From IMG/VR virus record IMGVR_UViG_3300008012_000023, positions 1 to 64,000 of that record: a stretch of DNA of 64,000 bases, one strand, 5' to 3'. This DNA is from a virus. The position numbers were made by a program, and so were the translations under genes. Below the pieces are notes generated by a model. The model was not told the DNA's origin, ran no database searches, and saw only the letters and a program-made list of their open reading frames with translations. Positions 17,553 to 27,714 of the stretch are shown piece after piece (within the stretch, counting starts at the first letter, position 1; every line of letters starts with the position of its first letter).

Positions 17553-18711
17553 AAACTTTCAACATATTATTTAAAATTGGAAATGCTTCACTAAATTTTT
17601 CACCACGGTGTTTGTCCGCCAGTAAAATTCTATCTCGACGCTGTTTGTTCATTTCCTCCGAGTACCTGTCACTGCTGTTCATGTAATCAATTATGCCTTT
17701 GAATTCTTTTATCTGGATATATCTGTCTGTTGCTATATTTTTGATCTGTCTCGGCAGGGTTTGTATGTTAAAATATTCTGGATCAAAACAAGTGTTCACA
17801 TAGAAAAATTTTGGATCAATCTGTTTCACCCAATAGGCCAATTTTGCCAGACTGAAAATATTGAAGATGTTTATGGTGCTACAAATTTGGAAATCTATAT
17901 TTCCCGGATTATATTCTTTGAACTTCTGGATGTTTTCATTCACCTCTTTCCATTTTGCTGGGTGCCTTTGATATTCAAACTGTTCTCCCACATCATCTAT
18001 GCTGAATGCTATCTCAACTCTCTTAAAGTGTTTCCACAACCAAAATACATTTTTCGGAGGCAACTGTGTGCCATTGGTATTGTAATGTATGTCTTGATTT
18101 TTGGCGTAACCCTGCTGTACACAATATTCCAAAATTTTAAAATGATTTTGTATCATGAAAGGCTCTCCTCCGGTGAACTCAAAATATTCTACATCTTTCA
18201 ATACATCTTTTATTTCCTCAAAAAATTGCGGGTGTTTTTTCGGCCATCCGCCTTCTTTTAAATTTTTTCTTGCCACTGGATTCTCTCCGTAATCTAATTC
18301 TTCCTGTGCCCATTTGGATGAGGACCAAGAACCACATATCCTGCACTTAAGATTACAAACGTTGCCCAGTTTAAAGTCAATGAACTTCAAGGTTGGCTCG
18401 CTATCGGGTGTCCAATCTTTGAGACTTTTACTCAGTTTATAGATCGAGTTTTGTCTTTTAGAAACTTTGCCAGCATTTTCTTCTGCCCAACAACTTTCGC
18501 ACCCGTTTGGTCTTTGTCCGCTTTTGAACTGCTTACGTAAGGAATTCATGTATTCGCTTTGCTGTATCGTTTTAAGATCAGTTTCATAAACTTTAAAATC
18601 TTCGATGTTGCCTTTGTACAGACAGCAAGGTGATGCTGATCCATTTACATCCACTTCCAGATGTGTCCATGGCAGAGGACATATATTTGATTTTAGATAT
18701 CGTTCCACCAT
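17545..18711 (-). CDS. radical SAM enzyme with N-terminal twitch/SPASM-like domain (1)
   Basis: CPLPW..PCC..CESCW then CNLKCRIC; FTGGEP; YNTNG. Confidence 0.9.
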   Translation of the reverse strand: MVERYLKSNICPLPWTHLEVDVNGSASPCCLYKGNIEDFKVYETDLKTIQQSEYMNSLRKQFKSGQRPNGCESCWAEENAGKVSKRQNSIYKLSKSLKDWTPDSEPTLKFIDFKLGNVCNLKCRICGSWSSSKWAQEELDYGENPVARKNLKEGGWPKKHPQFFEEIKDVLKDVEYFEFTGGEPFMIQNHFKILEYCVQQGYAKNQDIHYNTNGTQLPPKNVFWLWKHFKRVEIAFSIDDVGEQFEYQRHPAKWKEVNENIQKFKEYNPGNIDFQICSTINIFNIFSLAKLAYWVKQIDPKFFYVNTCFDPEYFNIQTLPRQIKNIATDRYIQIKEFKGIIDYMNSSDRYSEEMNKQRRDRILLADKHRGEKFSEAFPILNNMLKVYE

Positions 18712-20009
18712 TTTAAAACCTCTGTGTTTTTTTCAAATATTTTTGTAATGTCTGTTCCTCTAATTTTGTCCAAATATAATATTCTTTTTTTGCCTCTTTT
18801 CAATCCCTCACTGTACTCCTCTTTGGAATATTTCTCTTCTAGAGTTTTATGATTTTTTATATCTTTCAATCCTTCTATGAAAGACAAATTAAACATTGTT
18901 GTTTTATCTTGAATTTTTTCCAATACACCATCAATAATAGAATGTAAAAGATGTTTTGGCAAGCACAAAGGTGTCCAAAGATTGTCTGCTGTAAAACTAA
19001 AAACTTTTTTACACAATAAAATCAGTTTGAGATCTTTACTTAAATTGTACATATTTTCTAAATCAAATAAACCAGGCAATGTTACTGTCAGATCTAATTG
19101 CAACTGTCTTGGATGTTTCATAAATTTTTTAGCATACTTTATATTTTCAAGCCATTGCTCGTACTTCAATCCTGTTCTAATATATTCACCGATATGACCA
19201 GTCCCATCAATCGAGGCATTGATTTGCCAGTCTTGAAACTTCACAAGTAAATCATCAAACAGATTTTTTCCGTAATAATCTATCTTGCTAAAATTGGTGT
19301 TATACCTTGCATACACTTGGTCGGCATAATCCAAATCAATCACTCTCTGCATGGCCTCCCAATGTATCTTCCACATCAAAGGTTCACCGCCACACCAATA
19401 AAATTCACGTAATCTTTTTTCTTCTATGGCTTCTGTAAACTCTTTGATTACTTGTTGATCAGTAAATTTTTGTATCTGCTCTTTGATGTCTTTTCTACCC
19501 CAAGGGTTTTTATCATAATCAAAATTATCGTGCCTTTTGTTTTCTGTTTCCCAACTACTGCTTAACATATCGCCGCACATTCTACAACTAAAGTTACATA
19601 GATTTGAAAATCGATAATCAAAACTAGTAACTTGTAATTCTGTATGTCCGTTTTCGTTGGTTTTTTCAAAAGCCTCATCTATCAATCCACTGTACATTCT
19701 GTTGAAATGCTGACGATAAACTTGACTGTTCAACAGTTTATGATTACAAGTAGCACACTGTGGTATTTCTTCTCCTGCCATAAGTTTTTTTCTTACAGAT
19801 TTCATATAATCACTGTTCCAGTGTTCTTCCAAAGTTGTAAATTCCACAGGTTTTCCTTCTGGATTTTTTGTATCAATATACTGTTTGAAATTTTGAGATT
19901 CTTCCAATGAAGCACAACACAATCTTCTTTCCATCTGTGGAGAAAGATAGGTATGAGTCCACGGAGCCATACAGAATGTTTTGTTTCCTTGATTAGGCTT
20001 TATTTTCAT
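18693..20009 (-). CDS. radical SAM enzyme with N-terminal twitch-like domain (2)
   Basis: CMAPW..LCC..CATC then CNFSCRMC; GGEP; start likely MKIKPN at 20009. Confidence 0.9.
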   Translation of the reverse strand: MKIKPNQGNKTFCMAPWTHTYLSPQMERRLCCASLEESQNFKQYIDTKNPEGKPVEFTTLEEHWNSDYMKSVRKKLMAGEEIPQCATCNHKLLNSQVYRQHFNRMYSGLIDEAFEKTNENGHTELQVTSFDYRFSNLCNFSCRMCGDMLSSSWETENKRHDNFDYDKNPWGRKDIKEQIQKFTDQQVIKEFTEAIEEKRLREFYWCGGEPLMWKIHWEAMQRVIDLDYADQVYARYNTNFSKIDYYGKNLFDDLLVKFQDWQINASIDGTGHIGEYIRTGLKYEQWLENIKYAKKFMKHPRQLQLDLTVTLPGLFDLENMYNLSKDLKLILLCKKVFSFTADNLWTPLCLPKHLLHSIIDGVLEKIQDKTTMFNLSFIEGLKDIKNHKTLEEKYSKEEYSEGLKRGKKRILYLDKIRGTDITKIFEKNTEVLKWWNDI

Positions 20010-21288
20010 AGTCCTCGAACAGTTCCTTCCATTCTGGGAAAACATCTACTGTGTTTTCATTTCTTATACTGTCATACTTTCTTGTTTCGGCAAAAAATGT
20101 AGGTAGAAATTTTGACATATCTCTCCTAAACAAATAATCTAGACCGCTTTCAAAACCCATGGTTGCCCTTGTCAATTTGTCTAATGGCTTCAACCAGTCT
20201 ATATGAGATTCGTATTTTTCTTTGACTTGTTCTTTGTATTCGTTGGGCAACAAATCCATCCTTTGCCAATTTGGAAATTGCAGTAGATTGAAATTGAAAT
20301 CTTGTGGTTTGATTAAACCCAACTCAACCCAGTTTTTATGGAAATCAGTTACGTGTAAACTGTTCAACAACCCTACAGTAGAACTGATATAAAAATCTAC
20401 TTGCGGACAAACATCTAACATTCTTTTTCTATTTGCTACAATATCTTCCCATACAGTACCTTTCCTCATTAGTTCTGCTCGTGGACCTTCAGCGTCTAAA
20501 CTTGCTCCTACTGAAACTGAATCAAATTTGTTCCATAATTCTAACACATCCATATCTTTGAATGTGGTTCTACTGAGATTGCTGTTGTATATCAATCTTA
20601 CGTGATACATTTTTCTACGATCTAATTCTTTCAAAATATTATAGTGCTCAGGCATTATTAAAGGTTCACCGCCAGCAAAATAAAACTGTTCAACGTGTTC
20701 GAACTGTTCTAACATCTGTTTCCAAATATCATCACTGTCTCTTCCTACTCTCATAATTTTTGGATGATTGGGTGGTTGTCCTGTCAATTTTTTATGATCT
20801 TCATACCAATTGGACGAGAACCAAGTGCCACAACTACGACAAGCCATATTACACAAATTGCTGAACCGGATATCCCAATATTTGATTATAAAATCTGCTG
20901 ACCCATCTTCTTTGGTACTGTTAATCAATCCAATATTATGTCCAAAATGTTTGTTGGAACTTAAACGTAAAGAAAAGAAACCTGACTTTTCTTGATCATA
21001 ACATTTTATACACTCTCTTGATTTTTTGTTGTTCAACATATTCAATCGCATTTGTTTCATTTTTTCACCATTGAATACTTCCTCCATGCTTTGATTGTTT
21101 AAATTTCCTACATCAAATTTGTCAAAAGCAAAACAACAAGGATATGCTCTACCGTCCGGAAACGAATGTAAATGCATCCATGGCAACATACAAAAAGTCT
21201 CCGAATCAATCAGCAACTCCTTTTCTTTAGGAGTCATATCTTTTATTTTTAATTTCTCAGGCTCTTTGGCCCCGTACTCATATGCCAC
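19993..21288 (-). CDS. radical SAM enzyme with N-terminal twitch-like domain (3)
   Basis: CMLPW..PCC..CIKCY then CNMACRSC; FAGGEP. Confidence 0.9.
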   Translation of the reverse strand: MAYEYGAKEPEKLKIKDMTPKEKELLIDSETFCMLPWMHLHSFPDGRAYPCCFAFDKFDVGNLNNQSMEEVFNGEKMKQMRLNMLNNKKSRECIKCYDQEKSGFFSLRLSSNKHFGHNIGLINSTKEDGSADFIIKYWDIRFSNLCNMACRSCGTWFSSNWYEDHKKLTGQPPNHPKIMRVGRDSDDIWKQMLEQFEHVEQFYFAGGEPLIMPEHYNILKELDRRKMYHVRLIYNSNLSRTTFKDMDVLELWNKFDSVSVGASLDAEGPRAELMRKGTVWEDIVANRKRMLDVCPQVDFYISSTVGLLNSLHVTDFHKNWVELGLIKPQDFNFNLLQFPNWQRMDLLPNEYKEQVKEKYESHIDWLKPLDKLTRATMGFESGLDYLFRRDMSKFLPTFFAETRKYDSIRNENTVDVFPEWKELFEDYENKA

Positions 21289-22624
21289 TGTACCATTCTC
21301 CTATAATTGGAAAAGTTTTTGCTAGGTCTTTTCCTCGTCTTTTATCATATTGCCCATAAAAATTTTTGAAATCTTTTTGTAATTTGTCTATTTCGGCCGC
21401 ACCCGCGTGTGGTGATGTTACTTCTTGTAAATATTCTATCAATCTTTTCACGTGTTCTTTTTCCATCGGCTCAATATCGCTCTCATTATCTGAAAGCCAT
21501 TCTATCAAATTTTGCCTAAATTTCTTTTTGAGTTCTGTTGGAAGGACAAGTGGTGATTGGAAACTAGGAAACCTCAAAATGTTAAGAGTAAAATTGACAT
21601 CAGAGCCAAATGCTTGACGATAGGATTTTTTGAACTGCACAATCCTGCTTAGAAATTCTGGTAGTGATTCCAAGCACAACGCATTCACAGTACACATCAC
21701 GTGAAATCCTTTTGGTTGTAAACGAACCATAAGATTAACAAAATTTGAAAACCATTCTGAATACTTCATTCCATCTCTTATGTAATCCGCCTGATCAAAC
21801 ATGGCTTCATTTGATGTGTAGATATGAAGATTTGGAATCCGGCCACATCTATCTAAAAATTTTTCAAACAAATCTGGTTTTGGCACAAGGTTAGTGTTCA
21901 CAGCAAATCTCATATGAGGATTTACTCTATTCTTCTCGTCAGCGAACCAATCTAGCAAACGCCAAAAATGAGGAGACATCATAGGTTCGCCGCCTGTGAT
22001 CCTTAATTCGTCTAGACTTCTATGTAAGTCTGTTTGCCACCAAGTAAAAAATGCTTCTACATATGGATTTGTTTCTTCTAGTTTATACAATTGAGCGGCA
22101 TTATGAGGATGTGTAAAATGATTTCTACCATCTGATTTTAAATCTGTATATGGACCATTTGTTTTGATATCTCTCACCCATGTGGTACTGAATGCTGGGT
22201 TACAATACGAACAGGCAAAATTACAGGTCCTATCAAAAGCAATTTCTAAAGTTTTCAAATTCCAATCTGTATCAATACTGCTGGATTTTGCCTCACTCAA
22301 TATCGACTCTGGATATATTTTAGATTTGTAGGTCCTGTCAGACACAGAACCGTTGTTCATGTCTTCGATCTTCCAACAATATTCACAACCTTTGGGCCTT
22401 TCTCCGCACTGCATCTGCCTTCTGTGTTCTTTCTTTTCTTTGGTGTTGTGCAGAGCACTTGGATTGTTTTTTATTTCATTTACATCAATTTTATGAGCCG
22501 GTGGATGATGGCAACTTGTGGTCATACCTGATCCTAACCATATAGTTGCATTGAACCATTTGGCTCCACAAAAACTCGGAGAAAGTTTATCTAATACTTG
22601 TTTCTGATATTCGTTATCTTTCAT
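21278..22624 (-). CDS. radical SAM enzyme with N-terminal twitch-like domain (4)
   Basis: CGAKW..SCHHPP..CEYCW then CNFACSYC; ITGGEP. Confidence 0.9.
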   Translation of the reverse strand: MKDNEYQKQVLDKLSPSFCGAKWFNATIWLGSGMTTSCHHPPAHKIDVNEIKNNPSALHNTKEKKEHRRQMQCGERPKGCEYCWKIEDMNNGSVSDRTYKSKIYPESILSEAKSSSIDTDWNLKTLEIAFDRTCNFACSYCNPAFSTTWVRDIKTNGPYTDLKSDGRNHFTHPHNAAQLYKLEETNPYVEAFFTWWQTDLHRSLDELRITGGEPMMSPHFWRLLDWFADEKNRVNPHMRFAVNTNLVPKPDLFEKFLDRCGRIPNLHIYTSNEAMFDQADYIRDGMKYSEWFSNFVNLMVRLQPKGFHVMCTVNALCLESLPEFLSRIVQFKKSYRQAFGSDVNFTLNILRFPSFQSPLVLPTELKKKFRQNLIEWLSDNESDIEPMEKEHVKRLIEYLQEVTSPHAGAAEIDKLQKDFKNFYGQYDKRRGKDLAKTFPIIGEWYSGI

Positions 22625-23348
22625 ACTTGTCTTTTATATCTTGTGTTCTAGTAATTATTGATTGTTCATATTCGTCGGGTAATTTTTTCTCGTTTCCATA
22701 AATTATCTGTTTTGTCCATTCGTAATGTGCTTTAGGTAAAGGGTGTTCGTCACCATCAACATAATCATTTGGATAATTTTCTTGAGCAAATTCCCACAAA
22801 CCTTTTTTGTCTTCATAAAACAAAAATTTTTCCCAATTGATTTCGTTGTATATCATTTTTTCTGCCACAGACTTTGGATTATGTTCTAGGACATCTTCTT
22901 TAAATATCATCATTGTGTAGTCTATATTTTTTGATTCAAGATGCTTTTGTGTATACCAAATTCTCTCGAGAGTTCTGAACCTATTTTGGTCTTCGTTCAA
23001 GAAATATTTTTGATAGTATTTGTGATGCTCTTTAACAGGGTGTCCCCCGAACCAAACGTGCCACTGGAAATCCGGATCCCAACGCGAGTATGTGGCATCA
23101 GCAACTTTTTCAAACAGTGATTGATTTTCTATAATTTCATATCTGTTGTATCCGGACCACATAATATACATCTTATTGATATTTTTGAAACGCATTGAAC
23201 TATTCACAGCCATACGAGATATTGTCTCGTTTCCACTTGCCGACATTCCTAAGTTTTTGACAGGTGTATCTTTTTCAAAAAATTTGATGTAGTGCGGCCA
23301 GCACTCCCATCTATACCTTGTAAATGAGCAACCATGTGTGATTATCAT
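22614..23348 (-). CDS. SGNH/GDSL-like protein
   Basis: HGCSFT, NLGMSASGNETI, IMWSG..RYE, DEHPLPKAH. Confidence 0.6.
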   Translation of the reverse strand: MIITHGCSFTRYRWECWPHYIKFFEKDTPVKNLGMSASGNETISRMAVNSSMRFKNINKMYIMWSGYNRYEIIENQSLFEKVADATYSRWDPDFQWHVWFGGHPVKEHHKYYQKYFLNEDQNRFRTLERIWYTQKHLESKNIDYTMMIFKEDVLEHNPKSVAEKMIYNEINWEKFLFYEDKKGLWEFAQENYPNDYVDGDEHPLPKAHYEWTKQIIYGNEKKLPDEYEQSIITRTQDIKDKYER

Positions 23349-24712
23349 AAATTTTTACACTCCTTCCAAAATTCCAGCATTTCGGGAAATGTGTTTTCAA
23401 AACTTGTTCCGCGTCTGCGATCGTGTTCGTTAAAAAATGCGTAAAAGTTCTTTTTTTGTTCTATGCTATTTGCGTAATTTTTTTTCCAGTACGCTAGATT
23501 GCGAAGCATTTTTTGTACCTCGAAGTCCTTGAATTGACTGTAGTTGTCTTCTCCAGAATTCTCCCTCATCCATTCTGTGTTGCTTTGATGTATGGCCTGG
23601 TATGCCTCTGGTAACAGCGTTATCTGTTGCCAGGCTGGTTGCCTCAGCAGTGGCACATCGAACCACACACGCTGATAGGTGCTGGAGTGCTTCTGCCTCA
23701 GTTGTTTGATGTCTTCCAACAGGTCCCTCATACTGGTTACGCTGAGGTTGTTGTATGTGATAATAAAAGTGACGCTGTTGCGTACAGGTATCCTGTCCAG
23801 GAATTCGTCAACATTGTCTATGAATCTGTTGTAGTCCAGTCCGTTCCTGATGTATTCCGCTTTCCGGCCATGGGCATCCACACTGACGAACTGCATGAAA
23901 TGTTCCACACTGCCATCTAGGCATATCCTTTTCACCTGGTCGAAATACTTGTTCTTTAACCTGTCGTCGGGCGGACACATATTGCTGGTCACGTTGAGAT
24001 GGAGGTCGGGTTTGGGATTCTTGATCACGTAATCAAATACCTTGTAGGTGTTGTTGTCCATCATGGGTTCTCCTCCCGTCATACGGAAGTGCTTGAGATT
24101 TTTGTACAGTGTTGGCCACCATTCCCAGAACGCCTTCACATATGGGTTATCCTCGCGGTTTGGTATGGGTCTTCGCCTGCCCTGGAAGTGCTCGGGTGCG
24201 TTGTGGGGAGGAGTGGTTGGATATTGGCCGTACCTTTCCACTTCCTGCCCCCACTTGGTCGAGAACTGTGGCGAACAGTAACTGCACCTGAAGTTACAGG
24301 CGTTGTTGAAGTTCACCTCCACGTATCTCGGCGTCCAACTTTTTGTCATTGGATTCTGTAAAATCTCGTCAAAGTCCTGCATGGCCCAGGGCTCACCGCT
24401 CCTGTAGTGCCTGTCAGACATGGCTCCTGTGTCCTCTATCTTCCAGCAGTAACTACAACCCGTGGGTCTGTCGCCCTTCAGCATCTCTTCACGCTGTCGC
24501 AGTTTTTCCTGGGTGTTGTGCAGTGCCGCGGGATTGTTTTTCAATTCTGTGGCATCTATCTCGTGCAGGGGTGGGTGGTAGCAACTGTTTGTCAGACCCG
24601 TGGGCAGGTGTAGGCTGACCTGGTTCCACTTGGCCAGGCACATTGTGGGTGATACCTCATCCAGTTTCACCCTGGCCCTGTCCGCATCTGACTGATACCT
24701 ACTGGTACTCAC
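23345..24712 (-). CDS. radical SAM enzyme with N-terminal twitch-like domain (5)
   Basis: CLAKW..SCYHPP..CSYCW then CNFRCSYC; MTGGEP; likely GTG start at 24712 after AGGAG. Confidence 0.9.
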   Translation of the reverse strand: MSTSRYQSDADRARVKLDEVSPTMCLAKWNQVSLHLPTGLTNSCYHPPLHEIDATELKNNPAALHNTQEKLRQREEMLKGDRPTGCSYCWKIEDTGAMSDRHYRSGEPWAMQDFDEILQNPMTKSWTPRYVEVNFNNACNFRCSYCSPQFSTKWGQEVERYGQYPTTPPHNAPEHFQGRRRPIPNREDNPYVKAFWEWWPTLYKNLKHFRMTGGEPMMDNNTYKVFDYVIKNPKPDLHLNVTSNMCPPDDRLKNKYFDQVKRICLDGSVEHFMQFVSVDAHGRKAEYIRNGLDYNRFIDNVDEFLDRIPVRNSVTFIITYNNLSVTSMRDLLEDIKQLRQKHSSTYQRVWFDVPLLRQPAWQQITLLPEAYQAIHQSNTEWMRENSGEDNYSQFKDFEVQKMLRNLAYWKKNYANSIEQKKNFYAFFNEHDRRRGTSFENTFPEMLEFWKECKNL

Positions 24713-25580
24713 GATCCTGAACTCCTTTGTTGACCCACACTCCCTGGCAAAACTTGAAAAATCTGCTTTCGTCCTCGCCATAATCTGCTATGGGTACGCC
24801 TAATCTCTGCCTCAGGCTGTTGCCATATTTTTTAATATCGTCTTCTGGTTGTATCTGTAGTTTGCCAAACAGGTCATTTAGATGTTCCAGACTGCTGATG
24901 CGTTTGACATCCATTCCCTTGATCACTGTCATCCAGCATCCGATACGGGCACCCAGCATGGCGTACATACCATGTTCCACATCTGCCCCCACGCTCATCC
25001 ACGTGGTCAGTGTTCTAAGATTGGTTGGCTGTATATTTTTCACGAACTGCGATGGAGAAATCACTTTGCCCCTGTCCAGGCTCATCTTGACACCTTCCCT
25101 GTATCCTGCGACAAAGGCCTGTTGTGGAGAACTGTTTATCACGGTGTCAGAGTAGACGTTGTGTAAATTCTCGTGTGGCACTCCCCAACAGAAGTCGATG
25201 TCGTTCTGCTCGTTGTCCGAATTTTCGTGTGTCTTCATGGAAAGACAGGTGTCTTTGTGCCAACCCACCAGGCCACCGTTGCCGTATACCAGGCCATTCA
25301 CGCTGTTCCTGGCACGCCATCTGTGTACCGCTTTGGGATCGGTCTTTGCGAAATCTAGTGTTTCCATCAAAAATTTTGGGTCTATGACGTTGTCACCGTC
25401 CACGCTAATGAAGAAGTCGGTCTCCGCCAGTTCTGCCGCGGCCTTGTGTGCCGAATCGAATCCAACAACACCATCAACACGCTTGGCCCATGGCACCTTG
25501 TCCAGTAGGTCCGCCCAGTTCTCTTCCTTGTTGGGCTCTCGGAAACTTATGAACACAAAATCCAGATCGCTTGTCCTCAT
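24699..25580 (-). CDS. GT-A fold glycosyltransferase-like protein
   Basis: DFVFISFREP..VDGVVGFDSAHKAAA..FISVDGDN (DxD), NGLVYGNGG, AGYREGVKM. Confidence 0.65.
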   Translation of the reverse strand: MRTSDLDFVFISFREPNKEENWADLLDKVPWAKRVDGVVGFDSAHKAAAELAETDFFISVDGDNVIDPKFLMETLDFAKTDPKAVHRWRARNSVNGLVYGNGGLVGWHKDTCLSMKTHENSDNEQNDIDFCWGVPHENLHNVYSDTVINSSPQQAFVAGYREGVKMSLDRGKVISPSQFVKNIQPTNLRTLTTWMSVGADVEHGMYAMLGARIGCWMTVIKGMDVKRISSLEHLNDLFGKLQIQPEDDIKKYGNSLRQRLGVPIADYGEDESRFFKFCQGVWVNKGVQDREYQ

Positions 25581-25864
25581 TCTGCCTTCCATTTGTATCC
25601 TCCTTGCCCGTTAGATTTTACCCAATAGGGATTTCTCGAAAAGAAAATATAACCCTTGTCGTCTTTGTGTAGCAACGGATATCTAACCGATTTGGGTTTC
25701 TTCAACTGTATAACCGAATCTTTCACGAAGTACTTGTCCTCGCCATTTTTTATAATTTCAATTTTTTTCTCAAGGCTGACTTCGTGTTGCCTGCCTTGTA
25801 TGGTAACAAAATGACGTTTGCTCTTTTTACTCCTGTTGTTTAATGCTTCAAAAAATCCTGGCAT
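25577..25864 (-). CDS. hypothetical protein
   Basis: Coupled 95-aa basic ORF. Confidence 0.5.
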   Translation of the reverse strand: MPGFFEALNNRSKKSKRHFVTIQGRQHEVSLEKKIEIIKNGEDKYFVKDSVIQLKKPKSVRYPLLHKDDKGYIFFSRNPYWVKSNGQGGYKWKAE

Positions 25865-26642
25865 TTAATTGCTCCATTGTTTTTTTGTGATGATAGTGCC
25901 ATATTCCACACAGCCTGTGACTTCCAACATATAGGTCATTATTGATCAACATAGGATTCAAATATTCATTGTTGTCAATGGAATGCCTGATACCGTTTAT
26001 GAGATTTTTGTTGTGTACAATCTTGAACCAGTCAAATTCAACGTGGTGTTCATCCAATGGGTCAAGCATTTTGTACGCCAAAGCATATACCTCGTCGGTA
26101 GTGGGACTATCGTTGTCGCAACCCACTAGACATTCTTCTCTGATTGTGTTCCAGTTTTTTGTTATGGCTCCGCACAGTTTATAAAAATTTTCTGCCAGTT
26201 TGCTTTTTCTAAAATAGGTAAGGCAGTTGTAGATGTTGGGCAAAGAGTTGCGTCTGAACAATTCTCTGTAATGCTTGTCCACCACTTCCTCGCCTTTGTA
26301 GTTCAAACAATTCCTGCTTGTCACCATATCGTGCCGACATAGATAATTCCACCACCAATCTATATTGCCACACACAACCATGTCCGCCTCCAATTTTATG
26401 CTATGAGTAAACGGCGACAGGCCAAATATCCTGTGTTCATTGTTGAAGGCCAGATGTGAAGGATTTTTCATAGTGACCACGTAATCAAAATATTTGTCGT
26501 GTTGTATTTTCTTGTCTGTGATCACGCAGATCTTGTTGATACTGTTGTGCTTTTTGATGCTTTCTGCTAGTTTCCTACTGAGATCGATATAGTCAACACT
26601 GTCGGTGTTGGTTGCGAACCAAATAAAACCTTTATCGGCCAT
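25848..26642 (-). CDS. GT8-like glycosyltransferase
   Basis: Y..L...LA.SIK..ICVITD, SPF..SIKLEADM, PTTDEVYALA, WHYHHK. Confidence 0.6.
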   Translation of the reverse strand: MADKGFIWFATNTDSVDYIDLSRKLAESIKKHNSINKICVITDKKIQHDKYFDYVVTMKNPSHLAFNNEHRIFGLSPFTHSIKLEADMVVCGNIDWWWNYLCRHDMVTSRNCLNYKGEEVVDKHYRELFRRNSLPNIYNCLTYFRKSKLAENFYKLCGAITKNWNTIREECLVGCDNDSPTTDEVYALAYKMLDPLDEHHVEFDWFKIVHNKNLINGIRHSIDNNEYLNPMLINNDLYVGSHRLCGIWHYHHKKTMEQLNARIF

Positions 26643-27396
26643 TTACAAACTCCTTGTCCAATAGATGCACATCGATTCCCTGCAGGTAACCTACCCTTTT
26701 GTCATATCTGAACATCAGTCCAGAATCATCTATGTCCAACACGTCGTACTCGTGCGGCAACATAAACATAGGCGCAGGTATAAAATTTTCCACAGGGATC
26801 ATTCCATTCATCTGATGCAGGGCCACCGCGAAAGCAAAGTCGTTCCTGTAATTCCTATGTCTGATCCTGTACAAATTTCTGTAGTGTTCATAATTTTGTT
26901 GTATGTGTTTGACAAGTGCGAAAATCCTCTCCGTGCGTTCACACTTCCTAAAAATAATCACCGTAGCCCAAACTATAGGCAGTACCGATTCATTGGTACC
27001 CAATATTACATTTTTTCCTGTGATATCCAGAACTTTGTCGTGTACCAGAAAATCATAGTCGGTATCCAGATACTTGAGGAGATTATCACTGAAACAAAAA
27101 TAATCTATGTCCATGAGGATAGTTTGGTCATAAGGACTATGGGATAACGCATTCACCCTTTCAAGGTTGTGCCATGAAATATTTTTTCCACGATAATATC
27201 TTGTGTTGCCTTTTCTATTTTCGATAATCCTAAATCCAACATCAAGATGTTTAACAAAATTGTGCGTTTCACTATTTGTTACCACAGTTATGGGTAACTT
27301 TAGAAAAGTTTCAATTTGTCTCACACATTTGATAAGGAATCTATGATATTTCACCTCGTCGGTGTCAAAGCAATACAACAACACACCCTTGGTCAT
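26632..27396 (-). CDS. GT8-like glycosyltransferase
   Basis: LPITVVT, SPYDQTILMDIDY (DxD), WATVIIFRK, RNDFAFAVA; paralog of neighbour. Confidence 0.6.
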   Translation of the reverse strand: MTKGVLLYCFDTDEVKYHRFLIKCVRQIETFLKLPITVVTNSETHNFVKHLDVGFRIIENRKGNTRYYRGKNISWHNLERVNALSHSPYDQTILMDIDYFCFSDNLLKYLDTDYDFLVHDKVLDITGKNVILGTNESVLPIVWATVIIFRKCERTERIFALVKHIQQNYEHYRNLYRIRHRNYRNDFAFAVALHQMNGMIPVENFIPAPMFMLPHEYDVLDIDDSGLMFRYDKRVGYLQGIDVHLLDKEFVNGR

Positions 27397-27708
27397 CTAT
27401 CTTCTCTTCAGTTGTTCAAGAAGTTTACGGTATGCGTTGAGACTTTCTTGATTTTTTTGTATTAAAATTTCAAGGAAATTGTCAGGATTTTCTATTTGGC
27501 AGGGATTTTGGTTCGTGTCAAGTATTGTAAAGGTCTCGGAATATGATTTAAGTGTGCTGACTAGATTGATAGTTTCTGCATCCGCTTTGAATAGTTTTCC
27601 ATTGTAGGCAAATATCTGGTTTGCTCTGCATTTTTCCAACGCATTTTTCTTGGTCAGCGCCAGATCATGAGCGAGGTCAGAATACTCTTTAATTTTGCCA
27701 ATATCCAT
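27397..27708 (-). CDS. hypothetical protein, first gene of tailoring operon
   Basis: YNGKLFKAD..LINLV..ILD.N.NP..I. Confidence 0.55.
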   Translation of the reverse strand: MDIGKIKEYSDLAHDLALTKKNALEKCRANQIFAYNGKLFKADAETINLVSTLKSYSETFTILDTNQNPCQIENPDNFLEILIQKNQESLNAYRKLLEQLKRR

Positions 27709-27714
27709 AACAGT

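Noticed and set aside
23627-25614. Dense alternative-frame ORFs
   Set aside because: Explained by locally higher GC and fewer stop codons
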